Shown piece by piece: positions 11,601-23,880 of a DNA stretch of 64,000 bases (the stretch's first letter is position 1; the number at the start of each line of letters is the position of its first letter). Below the pieces are notes generated by a model. It did no database searches and was not told the DNA's origin. It saw nothing but the letters and a program-made list of their open reading frames with translations. The DNA is taken from the NCBI GenBank assembly GCA_002633005.1, contig NMRA01000397.1, positions 1-64,000 of the forward strand, in the 5' to 3' direction. Both the position numbers and the translations under genes were made by a program. Origin of the DNA: Phoronis australis (taxonomy: Eukaryota; Animalia; Phoronida).

Positions 11601-14600
11601 TGTGGCACCTCCTAGTGGCAGTTTTGTTTTTTTGCGCTCATGGCTGTATCTCCTAGACCGTTGACAGGATCTTTGCTAAATTTAGCAAATATACTTATAT
11701 TATGTTCACAACAAATGACAACAACTTTCGGACAAATCTGACTCTCAGTGTGCCTCTTAGTGGCAATTTTAGTTTTTTAGGTTTACCTCTGTATCTTCAA
11801 AGGTCCTCAACAGATTTTCAGAAAATTTGGAATATAGGCATCTATTGGTGAGATGACGCCATCCTCCCGTTTTCGGATTGAGTCGAGGTACTTTGCGACA
11901 CCTAGTGGCCATTTTTCCTGTTTGCGAATCTGTTTTTGGCATCCACCCGACGATCAACCAAACCATTCTAAAGATGATTTTGAAAATTGGCATGTATGTT
12001 CTCAGTGTGAAGAGGGCGGTTGACTATAACAAATTCGAATACTGTGGCACCTCCTAGTGGTAGTTTTGTTTTTGTTTTGTTTCACCCGTAGCTGCATCTC
12101 CTTAACATACTGCATGATCTTCATTAAATTTAGTACCTTATTTGCCGTAGTAACCACCCAGGGCATTTAGAAAAGTTTGTTTCAGGGGGGGGCGCTTATT
12201 ATAACCCAAAGCCATTGAAACCTGGTCTCCGAAACGGGTGAAATCGGAAGCTAAGATTCATCACGTTTACGCTCTGTGACGTATCTGTAATCTATGAAAG
12301 ACTTGCTACAAAACCGTGGTGCATTACTATCAAACTTTGCTGATAAATTACCATCATTTTACAGAAAATTGTGCTGAAATCCCTGGGCCAAAACTCGCCG
12401 ACTAACTGCCTCGCAATCGTCAATATGGTGACTTGAATGCTTGAATAAAAATACAGTTTCGACTCAAGCAAATTACCTGAAATCCTCCTTAAGTTTTCCA
12501 AGTAGCTTCCCTAAGATTTTTAAGTTCCCGTGGAGTCGGGATTAACGGCAGGTTTAAGTACAAATCTGTGCTACATCGTGCCATCTACATGTATGATCGG
12601 CAACATGAGAAAAATGTCTGGACGAACACACATGTTGTCACGTGACGTTTGTTTTGAAGTTTGTCTACGTTGAGTCAGCGAGCGCGTGCGTGTCACCAGA
12701 GTTCATTTGCCAGAGCAGAGACCGTCTTCTGGGCAGAGCCACGCAATCTAACGAGCTACTAGATGTGCATTGTATCTAAAGAAATTTGCACACTCAAGCA
12801 GTAGGCCTAAACCAGAGCATGTTTCATTCAGCACTTGCCCGTCTTATGTGCTAAAAACGTTCGACATTTGTCTCGGTAAGGCCCATATTAGTCGCCGTCT
12901 GACTGGATGCGTACGTGACAGTTATTTTTCGGTGTAAGGGTGTGTAAGCATTCACTGTCACTGGTCATTTTATCAGATATTTGGTTTAAAAACACCAATT
13001 ATGGTTAATCAAACAATTCATCTTAAAAATAACGCAAACATTTTTTGTAGTATTAGAAACTGTCGGAAATTAGTGCCAATATTCATTTCTTGTCGATGCT
13101 ATGCTACCCGTTTCAGGAATGGATAGTTCCCGACTAATGTCTTTGATGACAGGTTCATGTATATAGCGCGCGCTTCCTGGCCACGTGCTTTTAACACTGG
13201 CCAAGCTTTTTATTAGCCTTCGATTCGCGGTTTTCATGTGTTCAAAGAAATTTGGATTCCTGTTGAAAGCGGGAAATATCTTCAAAGCAATCCTATAGAC
13301 AAGTACACTACGTCTGTTCTGAAAGGCCAGACCATTGATCCTCTCAAGATCAGCAAAACTTTTGTGTTCGTTTTGATGCATGGCGGAAGTTTGAAGTGCA
13401 TAGTCACTAGGCCTAAATACCGACATAGCGGCGAGGCTCGTGGTCTACAAATTCTGCGCACAATGATTTTTTCAGTACTCATTGTCAGATGTTATTGATA
13501 AATTGATGACGTTACTGTAGAATTTTAGGACTGTAGGTGAGGTATTTTTTGCACAAACATGTTCATGGACTGGGCGCTTATTTTAGCAAAGTCTGAAAAC
13601 GCGTGGGGGGAGCTTATAGGGGCATGGGCAGTTATTACGGCAAATATGGTAATTGTATTTTTATGAAGCTAACACAGACAACGTCTTTCAGGCCGATCCA
13701 ATGAACGCTGTGCCCCATAGTGGCAATTTCATTTTTTCCGTTTTCCTTCGTTTCTTTGAAGTTCCTTGACTGATTTTTATGAAATTTGGTAAATGGCTTT
13801 CTATTAAAGAAGCGATGACATTTTCCCGTTTTCAGATGGATTTGATGTTTTTGCGCCATCTAGTGGCTTTTTTATGAAACAAACACTTAAGTTCCTTGAC
13901 AGATTTTTATGAAATATGGCATTTCCTGTTTTTTGATGGATTGTACATTTTTGCGCCCTCATCTAGTGGCCATTTTTATAATAAAAATAAATAACCCTAA
14001 AAGCACACCATTTGCAATGCATTCGTGGGCGCATTTCAATGCTCCGCGTTGCTCTTGTTTTTATGTGGAATACCTTTTTTATGAAACTACACAAAATTGA
14101 TCTTTAGGCCTTAAACTAAATTATTCTGTGGTCATTAAAAAGTTTTAGTTTTTAACTACACAGAAGTGAAAAGGTTACAATTAACTTTTTGAGGCATCAA
14201 ATTCCACATTTCAACATTTGCTACAACAGATGCGCCGCCACGATTTTTTTCCTCAGAAATGTAGAATATGATTGGCACTGGATAACTGTTGTTCACTGAT
14301 TGTAGAAATGCATTATTTATTGCTTTTAAGCCTGCTCATAGTTGCCTAAGAAATATTTTGGATCAGTTTTCCATTAACTGGTCTTTGCTAAAGAGTGCTA
14401 TGCATATTCTGTGTCTGTTGTGCTAGGGCGGCTTCTCAAAGTATCGGCTGAATGAAGGTACTACAAACCCACTGTCTCTGCGCCGAGGGCAGAAACGAAA
14501 ACACACAGGTAAGCTTGAAGAACCGTGTTTTGATAGTTGCAACATGCCAAAAATAACTGGGCAAAATGTCCCATATCCAAGGTAATAGCCAATGGCACTT

Positions 14601-17600
14601 ACACCAAAAATAAGTCAGTATCTCTCGTGAATCCTCTGGCAAAATCCTTACTATAGATTAGCACTTCTGCGTTCTCACCTGATCTCTGCAGACAATTCTT
14701 CATTTAGTGTACAATATGGCCGGCACCTGAAATTGTGCTTGTTAAATTTCTCAACAAAAGTAAAGATTAAGAGTATTTTAGTCTCTTAGGTGTGTGGTTT
14801 GCAGTGTGTAGATGTAATGAAACAACAGGTGCGAAAAGTTCCCATTGTTTGCAAAAAGGTAATCAACCATTGGAAAGTGGAAAAATGACATCTGCATATT
14901 TTTTGTGCAAAATAAGTGCAAAATTCCCGTGGGATGAATTCCACTTGCACTCAGCTCTCATTACCAGTAGTTGCTATTAATTATTTATTGTGCGCCCACG
15001 TATTTATATGTGGATGCATTATGGCGTCATCTCCGTCCGTCCGGTGCCCGCTGCTCTATCTTCAAAACTTATTGACGTATGTTCATGATATTTTGCACAT
15101 GTGTTCCTTTCATGGATTTGACGGCATGAGCGAACTTTCGGACAGATCCGACTACCAGTGTGCCCCCTAGTGGCAATTTTGATTTTTTACGTTTACCTCT
15201 GTATCTTCAAAGGTCCTCAACATATTTTCACAAAATTTGGTATATAGGCATCTATTAGTGAGACGATGGTATCTTCCCATTTTCGGATGGATTTGACATA
15301 GTTTGCGCCACCTGTTTTCGAGTCTGTTTTTTAGCGTCCGCCCCTCTATCAACCAAACTGCTCTAAGCATGATTGTGAAAATTGGCATGTATGTTCTTAC
15401 CTTAACGGTTGACTATTTTCCGACGATTTCGACTACTTTGGCACCTCCTAATGGCAGTTTTTTTTTACCTCCTAAACTGTTAGCAATATACTTACTAAAT
15501 TTAGTAAGTGCATTTATGTGAAGATGACAACGGATGACAATGACTTTCGGACAGATCTGACTACTGGTGTGCCACCTTGTAGCAATTTTATTCTTTTTAG
15601 GTTTACCTCAGTCTGTATCTTCAAAGGTCCTCAACGTTTTTTCATAAAATTTGGCGTACGGGCTTCTGTTAGTGAGGTGACGCTATCTTTCCATTTTCAG
15701 ATGGATTCGACCTAGTTTGTGCTGCTTAGTGGCCATATTTACTGTTTTTGAGTCTGTTTTTTGGCATCCACTCCTCTATCAACCAGACCACTTTCAGGAT
15801 AATTGTGAAAATTGGCATGCTTGTTTTTACTATGAAGTGGACGGGTAACGATGATTTCTGATGACTTTGACTATTGGGGTGCCTCCTAGTGGCAGTTTTT
15901 TTTTGCACCCATGTCTGTATCAACTACACTGTTTGCAGGATCTTTACTAAATTTAACCAAGTGTGGTTATATGATGTTAACAACAGATGACGACGATTTT
16001 CAGATGGATCTGACTACTGGTGTGCCCCCTGGTGGCAATTTTAGTTTTACGTTTACCTCTGTATCTTTAAAGGTCCTCAACACATTTCATAAAATTTTGA
16101 ATATGGGCATGTACTGGTGAGATGACGCTATCATCCCGTTTTCGGTATGGAATCAAGGTATTTTGTTCCACCTAGTGGCCATTTTTGCTGTTTTTGAGTC
16201 TGTTTTTTGGCGTCTACCCTCTATCTACCAAATTATTCTAAGGATGGTTTTGAAAATTGGCGTATATGGTCTCAGTGTGGAGAGGACGGTTGACGATGAC
16301 AACTTTGACTACTGTGGCGCCTCCTAGTAGTAGTTTTGTTTTGCGCCCATAGCTCTATCTCCTAAACCCACTGCAAGATCTGTATTAAATTTAATTTGTA
16401 AGTGTATTTATATGAAGCTAACAACAGACAATGATGACTTTCAGGCGGATGCAATGAACAGTGTGCCCCCTAGTGGCAATTTCATTTTGGTCTGTTTTCA
16501 TTGTTTCTCTAAGTTCCGTGACAGATTTCTATGAAATTTGGTGTATAGCTTTCTATTAAAGAAGCTATGACATGTCCCGTTTTCGGATGAATTGTACCTT
16601 TTTGCACCATCTAGTGGCCATTCTCATGACAACAACCCTAAAGCACACCATTTGTGATGCATTCGTGGGCACATTTCAACGCTCCGTGTTGCTCTTGTCC
16701 ATAACTGTGGCATTTTATGTAATTAAAAGTTTCTGTGCCACGCTTTGTGTTATAGCGTGTATCTCATTTCGTAAGTGTGCCTGCAGATAACACAACGTTC
16801 ATCGTCTTGTGTCAAGTATAGTAATAGTACACACCTAGGAAGCATCGTCAATTTCGCTGAGCCGCTGTTGACTCTTCTTGAATTGCGGGAATCTTTGCTT
16901 TTTGTTCATGCTTTGCATCATAAAATGTTCTTCCTTTAATGCATTTCAATAGAGTCTTAATATTAGTCACCCTATTGCATAAGTCTTTAATTAATTGCTT
17001 TTAATGTAATTCTGTTTTTAGCAACTGTCTTTTCAGAAACTCATGTTTTGTTTTTGTTAAAGAAACTTGCAAAACTATTAGTAACACAATACAAAATATT
17101 TTAATTTGTGGGCAATGTGCAGTCAACCTTTTGAAAATAAATCGATATTAAATGTCGAGGGTTAAAAAATTAATGAAATAGCTTTGAAACACTTTCTGTT
17201 GGGGAGTCTCATCTTGAATAAAGCATTTTTTTCAGAATTTGATGCAATAGATGACCGCATTGTTTGTGAATACGAACAAGAACAGGACAAAAGAGAAGAA
17301 AAGTTGGAAGAAACATTCGGCAGCTATGTCCAGCCAACACTTGAACGACTGGTCTATAGAGTGAGTGGCTGCACTGTTTTAACAACTAATTATTAACACC
17401 CAATTGGTAACTGAAAATGTGTTTTTTGGTTTTGATTCAGCTGTCTAAACTGAAACATGTTTTGATTAGTAAAAAGTTGCTAAATTTGGTTGATAAGACG
17501 TTGCTGAATTTAAACATATTTTTATCAGAGAACTTAAGATATTTAAGACGGTTGTTTTCCAGGCAATTTATCTAGTATCCCCTTGTAACTGTGAACTAGT

Positions 17601-20600
17601 GGTTAGAAACTCCGGAGAGCGAAAGATAAGACGATCATCAGAGGAAGGGAGTCCCATCATTAGATGTTTCGGCCTTTAAACTTCCTGACATTTTCTAGGA
17701 CCCTGGCCACATGGGGGTCATGACTCCCGATGTCCGTCTATCTTTTCTGTCCCATGGGGGGAATCGAACCTGTGCCATCACAGTTGCTGGTCTTGTAGCC
17801 TGTGGATTTGACCACTCGGCCACTGCCCCTCTGGAAATAAGTGTGATTTATTCCTTACATGGTAGAGTCTCATTTTGTTTACACCAAATCCAACACGATG
17901 CATTTTGTTATACACGCCATATCTTTTACAAATTTGCTGATCCTTCTGCCACTCAAGCCAAGACTCTTCAAGAACGAGTACATGGATGAAGCCATGAAAC
18001 CTCTGGCCCCTATCTCAACTGCGAAGATTGAAGTACTAGTTCCTTCGTTACAAGTCCTTGGTACTTGGCCATCTTGTATTCGTGTTGCTCTTCTATATTT
18101 TTCTCATATGGGACAGTTAGTTCCACTAGGATGCATGTTGATGGGTTACTGGAGTTGAGAACAATGTCTGGTCTTGCTCCTGTTTTCTTTATTGCATCAG
18201 GATAGTCGGGATACCACCTGGTTGGCCTTTTGTGTTCTTGTACTGATGAATTGTTTGGATGGCTGTTGGGAAAGACATGGATTACCTATGTTCTCCTGAA
18301 TTATACTTGCAAGAACCTCCAGAACCTTCTTATGGCGCCATGTGTATCGCCCTTCCGCGAGAGCCACTGTGCGCCAGAGAGAATATGTTGGAGCGTCTGT
18401 CCTTTTCCACATAGAGGACATTTGTCATCGTTTTCCTTATTCCATCGCACCAGGTTTTCCTTTGTTGGCAGAACGTCATATGCGGCGCGGATGCTTAAGG
18501 CCAGTTTCATTGGCGAGATCTGCCAGATGTCGTTCCATGAAATGGACTTCTGTAACGCATTCTCCCAGTTCAGCCATTGTCCTTGGAGTCCTTGTTGGGC
18601 AGCTGCTTGCAGTCACTTGTAGTCTTCCTCTGCCTGCACCTCCTGTAATATCATGTCCCTCTTTTCTGAAGTCCTGGACATAATACATAATATGTCCCAG
18701 TTGTTTAATTAGTTTACTGTTGGTTAACTTTGTAACTGAAGGTTCTTCTTTAAAGGCTGTAAATTTTGTTCAAGTATTCCAACAAATTAAACTTGCATGA
18801 GAAACATATTTTGGCTAGTGATGTAATTTTTTGTCTTGGTCTAATGACATCAACGACAACCCTAGGTATTTCAAATGCTTACTTGTTGCATCACTTACCT
18901 GGTTTCTGGTAAAGACAATTAGCATTTCATTGAATATACTTGGTCATAAAAATTCCAAAGTATTCTTTAGTCGTCAATGAAATAAGGAAACCTGACTGTT
19001 GTTCTACATGTACACGCTAGGTTCCGTTTCATGAAACTATTTTAGCCTTAGCCTAGACCAAAATAACAATGCTCTTTTCCACTACATGTCATGTTGCGCT
19101 TGTTGGACAATATTGTTGATGTCATGCCAACAAACTTGTTACTTAAACTTTCATGAAATGGAGCCCTGTGCCCTGTTGCATGAAACTATCCCAAATAGGG
19201 ACTCAACCAAAATCCGTAAATCTTCTGCGTATTCGTGTCATTCTTTACTCACAAAAAATGTAATCTTTTACAATCATTTTATCTTTATTATGAACTTCTC
19301 TTCGACTGGTTACATTTTCTAATATGTTACTAAAATCTGAATAATAGATAGGGACTTAGTCCGTAAGTTAGGGGTGTTGCATGAAAAGATCCCTATCTAT
19401 TTTTAATGCTTTGTGTCAAAACCAAAAATTGAGTTAGCAATGAATCTAAAACAGCATAAGAAAGGACAATCGGTGTTTCCATAAGTCCTCAAATACGCAG
19501 TAGATTTAGGGAACTTAGTTGAGTCCCTATATGGGACTGTTTCATGCAATCTGGCACTGAGCTCCAATCCGAGGTCATAAAGTAAGATGCTGCGTTTTAT
19601 TAAAGAACAGCATCTTCGAAAGAGAACAACATCTATACTGGGGGAAGTGGGTTAACGGCTGGTGCCGTTGGGTGGAAATTATCCATAGGCAGAAGGAAAT
19701 TAAAATTTTTGGAAATGCTGTTGATAAGGAGGGGAACCTGCCAAAATGGTATTTTGTGTATTTTTTATTCAACCACTTACATTATTATGCGCCCACATTT
19801 TTATATGTGGACGCATTATGCTGTCATCTCTTTAGGACAGATCTGACTGCTGGTGTCTCACCTAGTAACAATTTTAGTTTTTTATGTTTACCTCTATATC
19901 TTCAAAGGTCCTCAACGGATTTTCAGAAAATTTGGAATATAGGTATCTATTGGTGAGATGATGCTATCTTTCCATTTTGGATGGAATCGAGGTACTTTGT
20001 GTCACCTAGTGGCCATTTTTGCTGTTTTCGAGTTTTTTGGGCATCCACTCCTCGATCAACCAAACCATTCTAAGGATGATTTTTGAAATTGGCGTATATG
20101 TTCTCAGTGTGAAGAGAATGGTTGACGATAACGACTTTGACTACAGTGGCGCCTCCTAGTGGTAGTTTTGTTTTGTTCTGTGCCCATAGCCGCATCTCCT
20201 TAACACTGCAGGATCTTTATTCAATTTAGTAATTGTATTTATATGAAGCTAATAACAGACGACGTCGTTCAGGCGGATCTAATGAACGCTGTAACCCATA
20301 GTGGCAGTTTTATTTTTTCCGTTTTCCTTTGTTTCTCTGAAGTTCATTGACAGATTTTTTTCAGTAGCTTTCTGATAAAGAAGTTATGTCATGTTCCCCT
20401 TTTCTGATGGATTGAACGTTTTTGCGCCGTCTAGTTCCCATTTTTATGAAACAAACAACCCTAGAATCGCACCGTTTGCGGTGCATTCGTGGGCGCTTTT
20501 CAACGCTCTGTGTTGCTGTTGTGGATGCATATTGTTATCACCTCTGTCTGGTTGTCTGCATTCGTAGCAGTATCTCCCAATCCCCTTGGAGGATTTCATG

Positions 20601-22916
20601 AAAGTTGGCAAATGTGTTCCGTGGTGATGACAACAACTTTTAGACAAATTTGAATACCGCTGTGCCCCCTGGTGACAATTTTGGTATTTTATGTTGTCTC
20701 TGTATCTTCAGTCGCTGGACTGACTTTCATAAAATTCTGCAAATATGTCTTTATTAATGAGACGATAACGCCTTTCCATTTTCATACGTTTTCTACAGCA
20801 CTGTGTGGCCATTTTATTTACAAGTTTGTTTTTGGCATTCTCTGCCAAATTGCTCGAAGGATCATTATGGAAATTGGCAGCAGTGTCCCTGCTGAGAAGA
20901 CCAAAACTAATGTTTTCAGATGTATCTAATTACTATGACTCTCCTTTATGACTGTATCGCCTTAACCCCTTGCAAGATCTTTCATTGTGAAATTTGAGAA
21001 GTATTTTTCTATGAATGTGATAACGGATGACGATGACTTTTAGGTGACTCTGACTACTGCTGTGATCCTTAGTAGCGGTTTTAATTTTATACTACATCTA
21101 CAGAGTTCCTCAATATATTTTCATATTTTCAGATAGGTTTCTTTTAAGACAACAACAATTTCTGTTTTTGGACTGATTAGGCACATAGTAGCCATTTTTT
21201 ATTTTCAAGCCAGCCTTAATCTGCCAAACAGTTCAAATGTTTTTCTACCAACAACAGCATGAGTAATATTGAGTTTTGGACGGTCAGACTACTGTTACCT
21301 AGTGGCTGTGTTGTTTCTTTTTTGCATCCACCCCTTGCAGGATCTTTGTGAAATATGGCAAATGTATTCCTGTGACCATGGCAACTGATGGCAACTTCTT
21401 TTGGATAGAAGTGCCATTGTGTCTCCTAGTGGCAATTTTTTTTTCTTGTTTGCATCTCTATATTCAGAGTTCCTGTATATGTTTCATGATGTTTAGCAAA
21501 TAACTTTCAGAGAATACAGTCACCTACCATTTTGGTATGGGTTTGACAAATTCTGCGCCAGCTAGTGGAATTTTTAAAATGTTAAACACCCTTAGAAGCA
21601 TACTGTTTGCAGTGTAGTCATGAGTGCATTTCATCACTTTGCATTGCTTTTGTTTTTGAATGTCAGTTAATTAAGGATTAGGAAAATCTTGTTAATTATA
21701 TATAGAAAGAGAATTCACTCACGTTAGGTGCATATTTAGGCCCATGCACTAATATCCCATATGTGAAACAGTTGACTCAAGTGTTAAACCCGGGAGCACA
21801 TTTTTCAAACATGTGAGTGAATGCTGATTTACCTGTTACAAAATGGTGTATGTTGATGTGTATTCAACTGATATCAAAGCAGCTATAAACACCCCTTCAG
21901 TAAGAAATAACTTTTAATTTAGGATGCTTACCAAATAAATATGTAAGTCTTAAACCAGCGTGGAAGTATAGATCGCAAAGTTCGTTTTTAATCTTGGTCT
22001 GCATGCAACTTGTCAACCACATGATTTGACCTAGTTCGACTAGATTTCTGCTCCAATCACGACTTGAACCCGGGACCTTCTGCTAGTTGCTGAGACACTA
22101 TAGTGGCGGAGATCCCGGGTTCGAGTCCCGGTAGGGGCAGAAATCTTTTGTGACTTGCATTTGTCACGTGATGTTGTCAACAGGTGGTGTGCAGACCAGA
22201 CTTAAAATGTTTGTGACACTTAACAATGTAAGTCAGGTCTGAATTTGTTCCTTACTCAAATTAGAGACAGGTTTGATAAGTTAGCTTGTCGCACTTGTCA
22301 TTTTATGTGCCAAGCATGGTCTGGAGTTCTTCTAAACTGCCAGTTCTTCCATCTGAGTAAGAAACAAATTGAGACCAATTTTATTGAAAAAGTGATCCAG
22401 GTCAAGTTATTTTTGAGGACCAGAGAGAGGTTATAACCGCTGTAATTATTTAAATGAAAAATATTGGAACTAGACAGAAAACGCACAAATAAGATGAGTT
22501 TAAGATGTGCACATATGCAAGAGATAGTTACTACGAGAAAAAAATTGAAAAACATATTTGGATATAGGCCCATGGTCTAAATATGTAAATATAAAATATG
22601 AGGACTGCCAATATATCTAGTTCAATGTATGTAACACATTTAATAACACCATATTTCATGTTGGTAAGACATGTTGTTAAAAAATCTATTTAAGCTGGAA
22701 ACAAGATTTCGAGGGCATGAGATGATACCTGGGATGGAAGTCAGTCAGGAGCCCTTCAATTGTCACGTGAAGTTTGAAGGAGCCAGCGTTCTTGAAGGCA
22801 TAAGGAATATGGCGACTTGTGGCTTAGCAACACTACCTTTGCCAAAACATCTTGGGGATGTTCACTCATTGGCCAGGAACCATTTTGTGATAGGAGATAA
22901 GAAACGAAAGACATAA
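4476..22916 (+). CDS. CENPN: Centromere protein N (CENP-N/Chl4), 3' part; join 4476-4535, 5294-5370, 7538-7699, 10039-10140, 14427-14508, 17236-17360, 22695-22916; 5' exons not found in window
   Basis: All introns are GT-AG with compatible phases. The translation (TQFHSCRIKWSMYEFKKQPG-ESYDIVDSEEF...AIWTRL...FIVYYPRTPF...LDSLAQL...IDDRIVCE...ETFGSYVQPTLERLVYR-LETRFRG...LPLPKHLGDVHSLARNHFVIGDK) is colinear with human CENP-N as I recall it. Confidence 0.9.
4705..5125. repeat. 32-bp minisatellite
   Basis: Unit tcatgatggtgtgttctagttgtactcagcca repeated about 12 times, degenerate at the edges. Confidence 0.9.
5294..5370 (+). CDS. CENPN: CENP-N internal exon
   Basis: tacag|GTGAAAG...AACTTT|gtgagt; encodes GESYDIVDSEEFENRLRKQMTLFFNF. 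Confidence 0.85.
5596..6155. repeat. (CA)n microsatellite spanning an assembly gap (N run ~5628-6137)
   Basis: CA repeats flank both sides of the N run. Confidence 0.95.
7538..7699 (+). CDS. CENPN: CENP-N internal exon
   Basis: aacag|GAGATG...CTTCAG|gtaatc; encodes EMCVESYSGAIWTRL...VYYPRTPF...ILQ. Confidence 0.9.
9096..9710. mobile_element. ~610-bp foldback (whole-length inverted repeat) MITE
   Basis: Arms pair across the whole length, for example gagacctttatcgggtggaatggc with gccattccacccgacaaaggtctc, and tcaccaagatggt with accatcttggtga near the centre (~9395). Confidence 0.85.
10039..10140 (+). CDS. CENPN: CENP-N internal exon
   Basis: tacag|TCTTTG...TCACAG|gtattg; encodes SLMNIVDVSELRDCRLTGYHLDSLAQLGLNRHSQ. 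Confidence 0.9.
11134..14060 (+). mobile_element. Full-length HINE copy with nested insertion
   Basis: 5' hairpin atgcgcccacattttatgtgtggacgcat, cgtccgtcc, central repeats, 3' end gtgggcgcatttcaatgctccgcgttgctcttgtt. Confidence 0.85.
12136..13649. mobile_element. Tc1/mariner-type non-autonomous element nested in HINE
   Basis: Terminal inverted repeats (TIRs) ccttatttgccgtagtaac and gttattacggcaaatatgg, flanked by a TA duplication. Removing it restores aaatttagTAattgtattt as seen in other HINE copies (e.g. ~20225). Confidence 0.85.
14427..14508 (+). CDS. CENPN: CENP-N internal exon
   Basis: gctag|GGCGGC...CACACAG|gtaagc; encodes GGFSKYRLNEGTTNPLSLRRGQKRKHT. Phase 0 to 1 bridges the flanking exons exactly. 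Confidence 0.8.
14987..16698 (+). mobile_element. Full-length HINE copy
   Basis: 5' gtgcgcccacgtatttatatgtggatgcat, ccgtccgtcc, about 10 subunits, 3' gtgggcacatttcaacgctccgtgttgctcttgt. Confidence 0.85.
17236..17360 (+). CDS. CENPN: CENP-N internal exon
   Basis: ttcag|AATTTG...TATAGA|gtgagt; encodes EFDAIDDRIVCEYEQ...ETFGSYVQPTLERLVYR. Confidence 0.9.
17600..18690 (-). mobile_element. 5'-truncated RLE-type non-LTR retrotransposon (HERO-like), frameshifted
   Basis: CCHC knuckle CPLCGKGQTLQHILSG, GRYTWRHKKVL, PDIV...ELTVPYE...AVEIGARGF restriction-like endonuclease motifs, C-terminal WIW, and a 3'-UTR motif GAAAC...CTGATGA. Confidence 0.85.
17752..17829 (-). other. tRNA-derived (SINE-head-like) Pol III promoter segment
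   Basis: A box TGGCCGAGTGG and B box GGTTCGATTCC with tRNA-like spacing. It does not fold into a clean cloverleaf. Confidence 0.65.
19169..19556. mobile_element. PIF/Harbinger-like MITE
   Basis: ~40-bp TIRs tgccctgttgcatgaaactatcccaaatagggactcaac and gttgagtccctatatgggactgtttcatgcaatctggca; CTG on both flanks. Confidence 0.75.
19783..21655 (+). mobile_element. Two adjacent HINE copies (younger 19783-20520, older diverged 20521-21655)
   Basis: 5' atgcgcccac...gtggacgcat; 3' ends gtgggcgcttttcaacgctctgtgttgc and gagtgcatttcatcactttgcattgcttttg. Confidence 0.75.
21985..22208. repeat. Inverted pair of truncated tRNA-derived SINE-like sequences
   Basis: gatttctgctcc...acttgaacccgggacct mirrors agatcccgggttcgagtcccggtaggggcagaaatc (B box GGTTCGAGTCC). 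Outer arms ggtctgca/tgcagacc. A related copy lies at ~60655-60712. Confidence 0.6.
22695..22916 (+). CDS. CENPN: CENP-N last coding exon
   Basis: ttaag|CTGGAA...ACATAA; encodes LETRFRG...FNCHVKFEGASVLEGIRNMATCGLATLPLP...NHFVIGDKKRKT*. Confidence 0.9.
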   Translation: METRFRGHEMIPGMEVSQEPFNCHVKFEGASVLEGIRNMATCGLATLPLPKHLGDVHSLARNHFVIGDKKRKT

Positions 22917-23378
22917 ATCAATCCTCAGTGTTCCTCATTAGAGAAAGACATGCTAGGTATACAGTTGTTGCATGTCGTGTTCTATTGCAGCTTGCTTCAG
23001 TCAGCTTGGAGCTAGGATTGAGTAATTGTTCTTTGAGCAAGTCTACAAGCTGTTGATTTAGAAAGCTAAAGTTTTGTTAGCACTAGCTTTTTATATTTTT
23101 CTGTGGGTTTTGAGAACCTATATGTTACTGCTTATGAATTATTTTAATAAGATCGGATGTCAGACATTATGCAAATTAGGTGGTAGCTCCATTTCTCCTC
23201 GAGGTATGAAAAGCAGGATAATGCAATGTACTCGAAGTTCGTTATAAATAGTTTTGAGCCAAATTTAAAGGTCTGGTTATGAGGTCATCTTGATTTGAAT
23301 TCTTTTATGTTTCTTTATGAGTACCGGAAGTGTTTATTTTTCGATTTTATTTAAGTACCATTTTAGTATAACAATTTA

Positions 23379-23880
23379 AGGTTATGTAGGACCTTATCAA
23401 CAGGTCTGTGAATTAACTTACAAAGTTATAGATTTTAACTCGGTAAAAGCATATATATTTTGTAATAGTAGAAAGCATGTAGAATGTGATTTTTGATTTT
23501 TTACCAGTCTTTTATTAATTGGGTCATGTGAGAATGCCCTTTTAGCAAAATTCAGCAAAAATGTACATTGATAGCCAAACAAGAGCATCAACATGATCAA
23601 ATTTTAAATGACATAAATGTCCATGGTGAGATATCAAAAATACTGTTACAGTTTTCTAAAATACATCATTTTCATTTGCACCTTTAAAAGTTTTTCCATG
23701 AAAGTCCTATTTTTGAGTCTCAGATGTAAAAGTGGAATATATAAACAATTCCTAACACAGTTTTTAAGAATTTTGCATAAATCATAGTATCTGAAAGTTT
23801 CATATGAATTTATCAGCCATTTCTGATATATAATGCTCAGAAGCCAAATTTGGCCATTTTTATAGTCGTCTCACATAACC
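23379..23880. mobile_element. TTAA-flanked MITE (Kolobok/piggyBac-like ends)
   Basis: Ends ttaa|ggttatgtaggacc and tctcacataacc|ttaa. A homologous copy lies at ~48150-48620. Confidence 0.65.

Noticed and set aside
13070-13498. ORFs within the nested mariner-type element as a transposase
   Set aside because: No HTH or DDE/D motif is recognisable; the ORFs are short and overlap on both strands.
10-16790. Many short ORFs with MATRWR / VPPSGNF / LRHLVAIF motifs
   Set aside because: These are translations of the non-coding HINE repeat; frames and stops are inconsistent between copies.
17752-17829. Functional tRNA gene
   Set aside because: A and B boxes are present, but the acceptor, anticodon and T stems do not pair properly.
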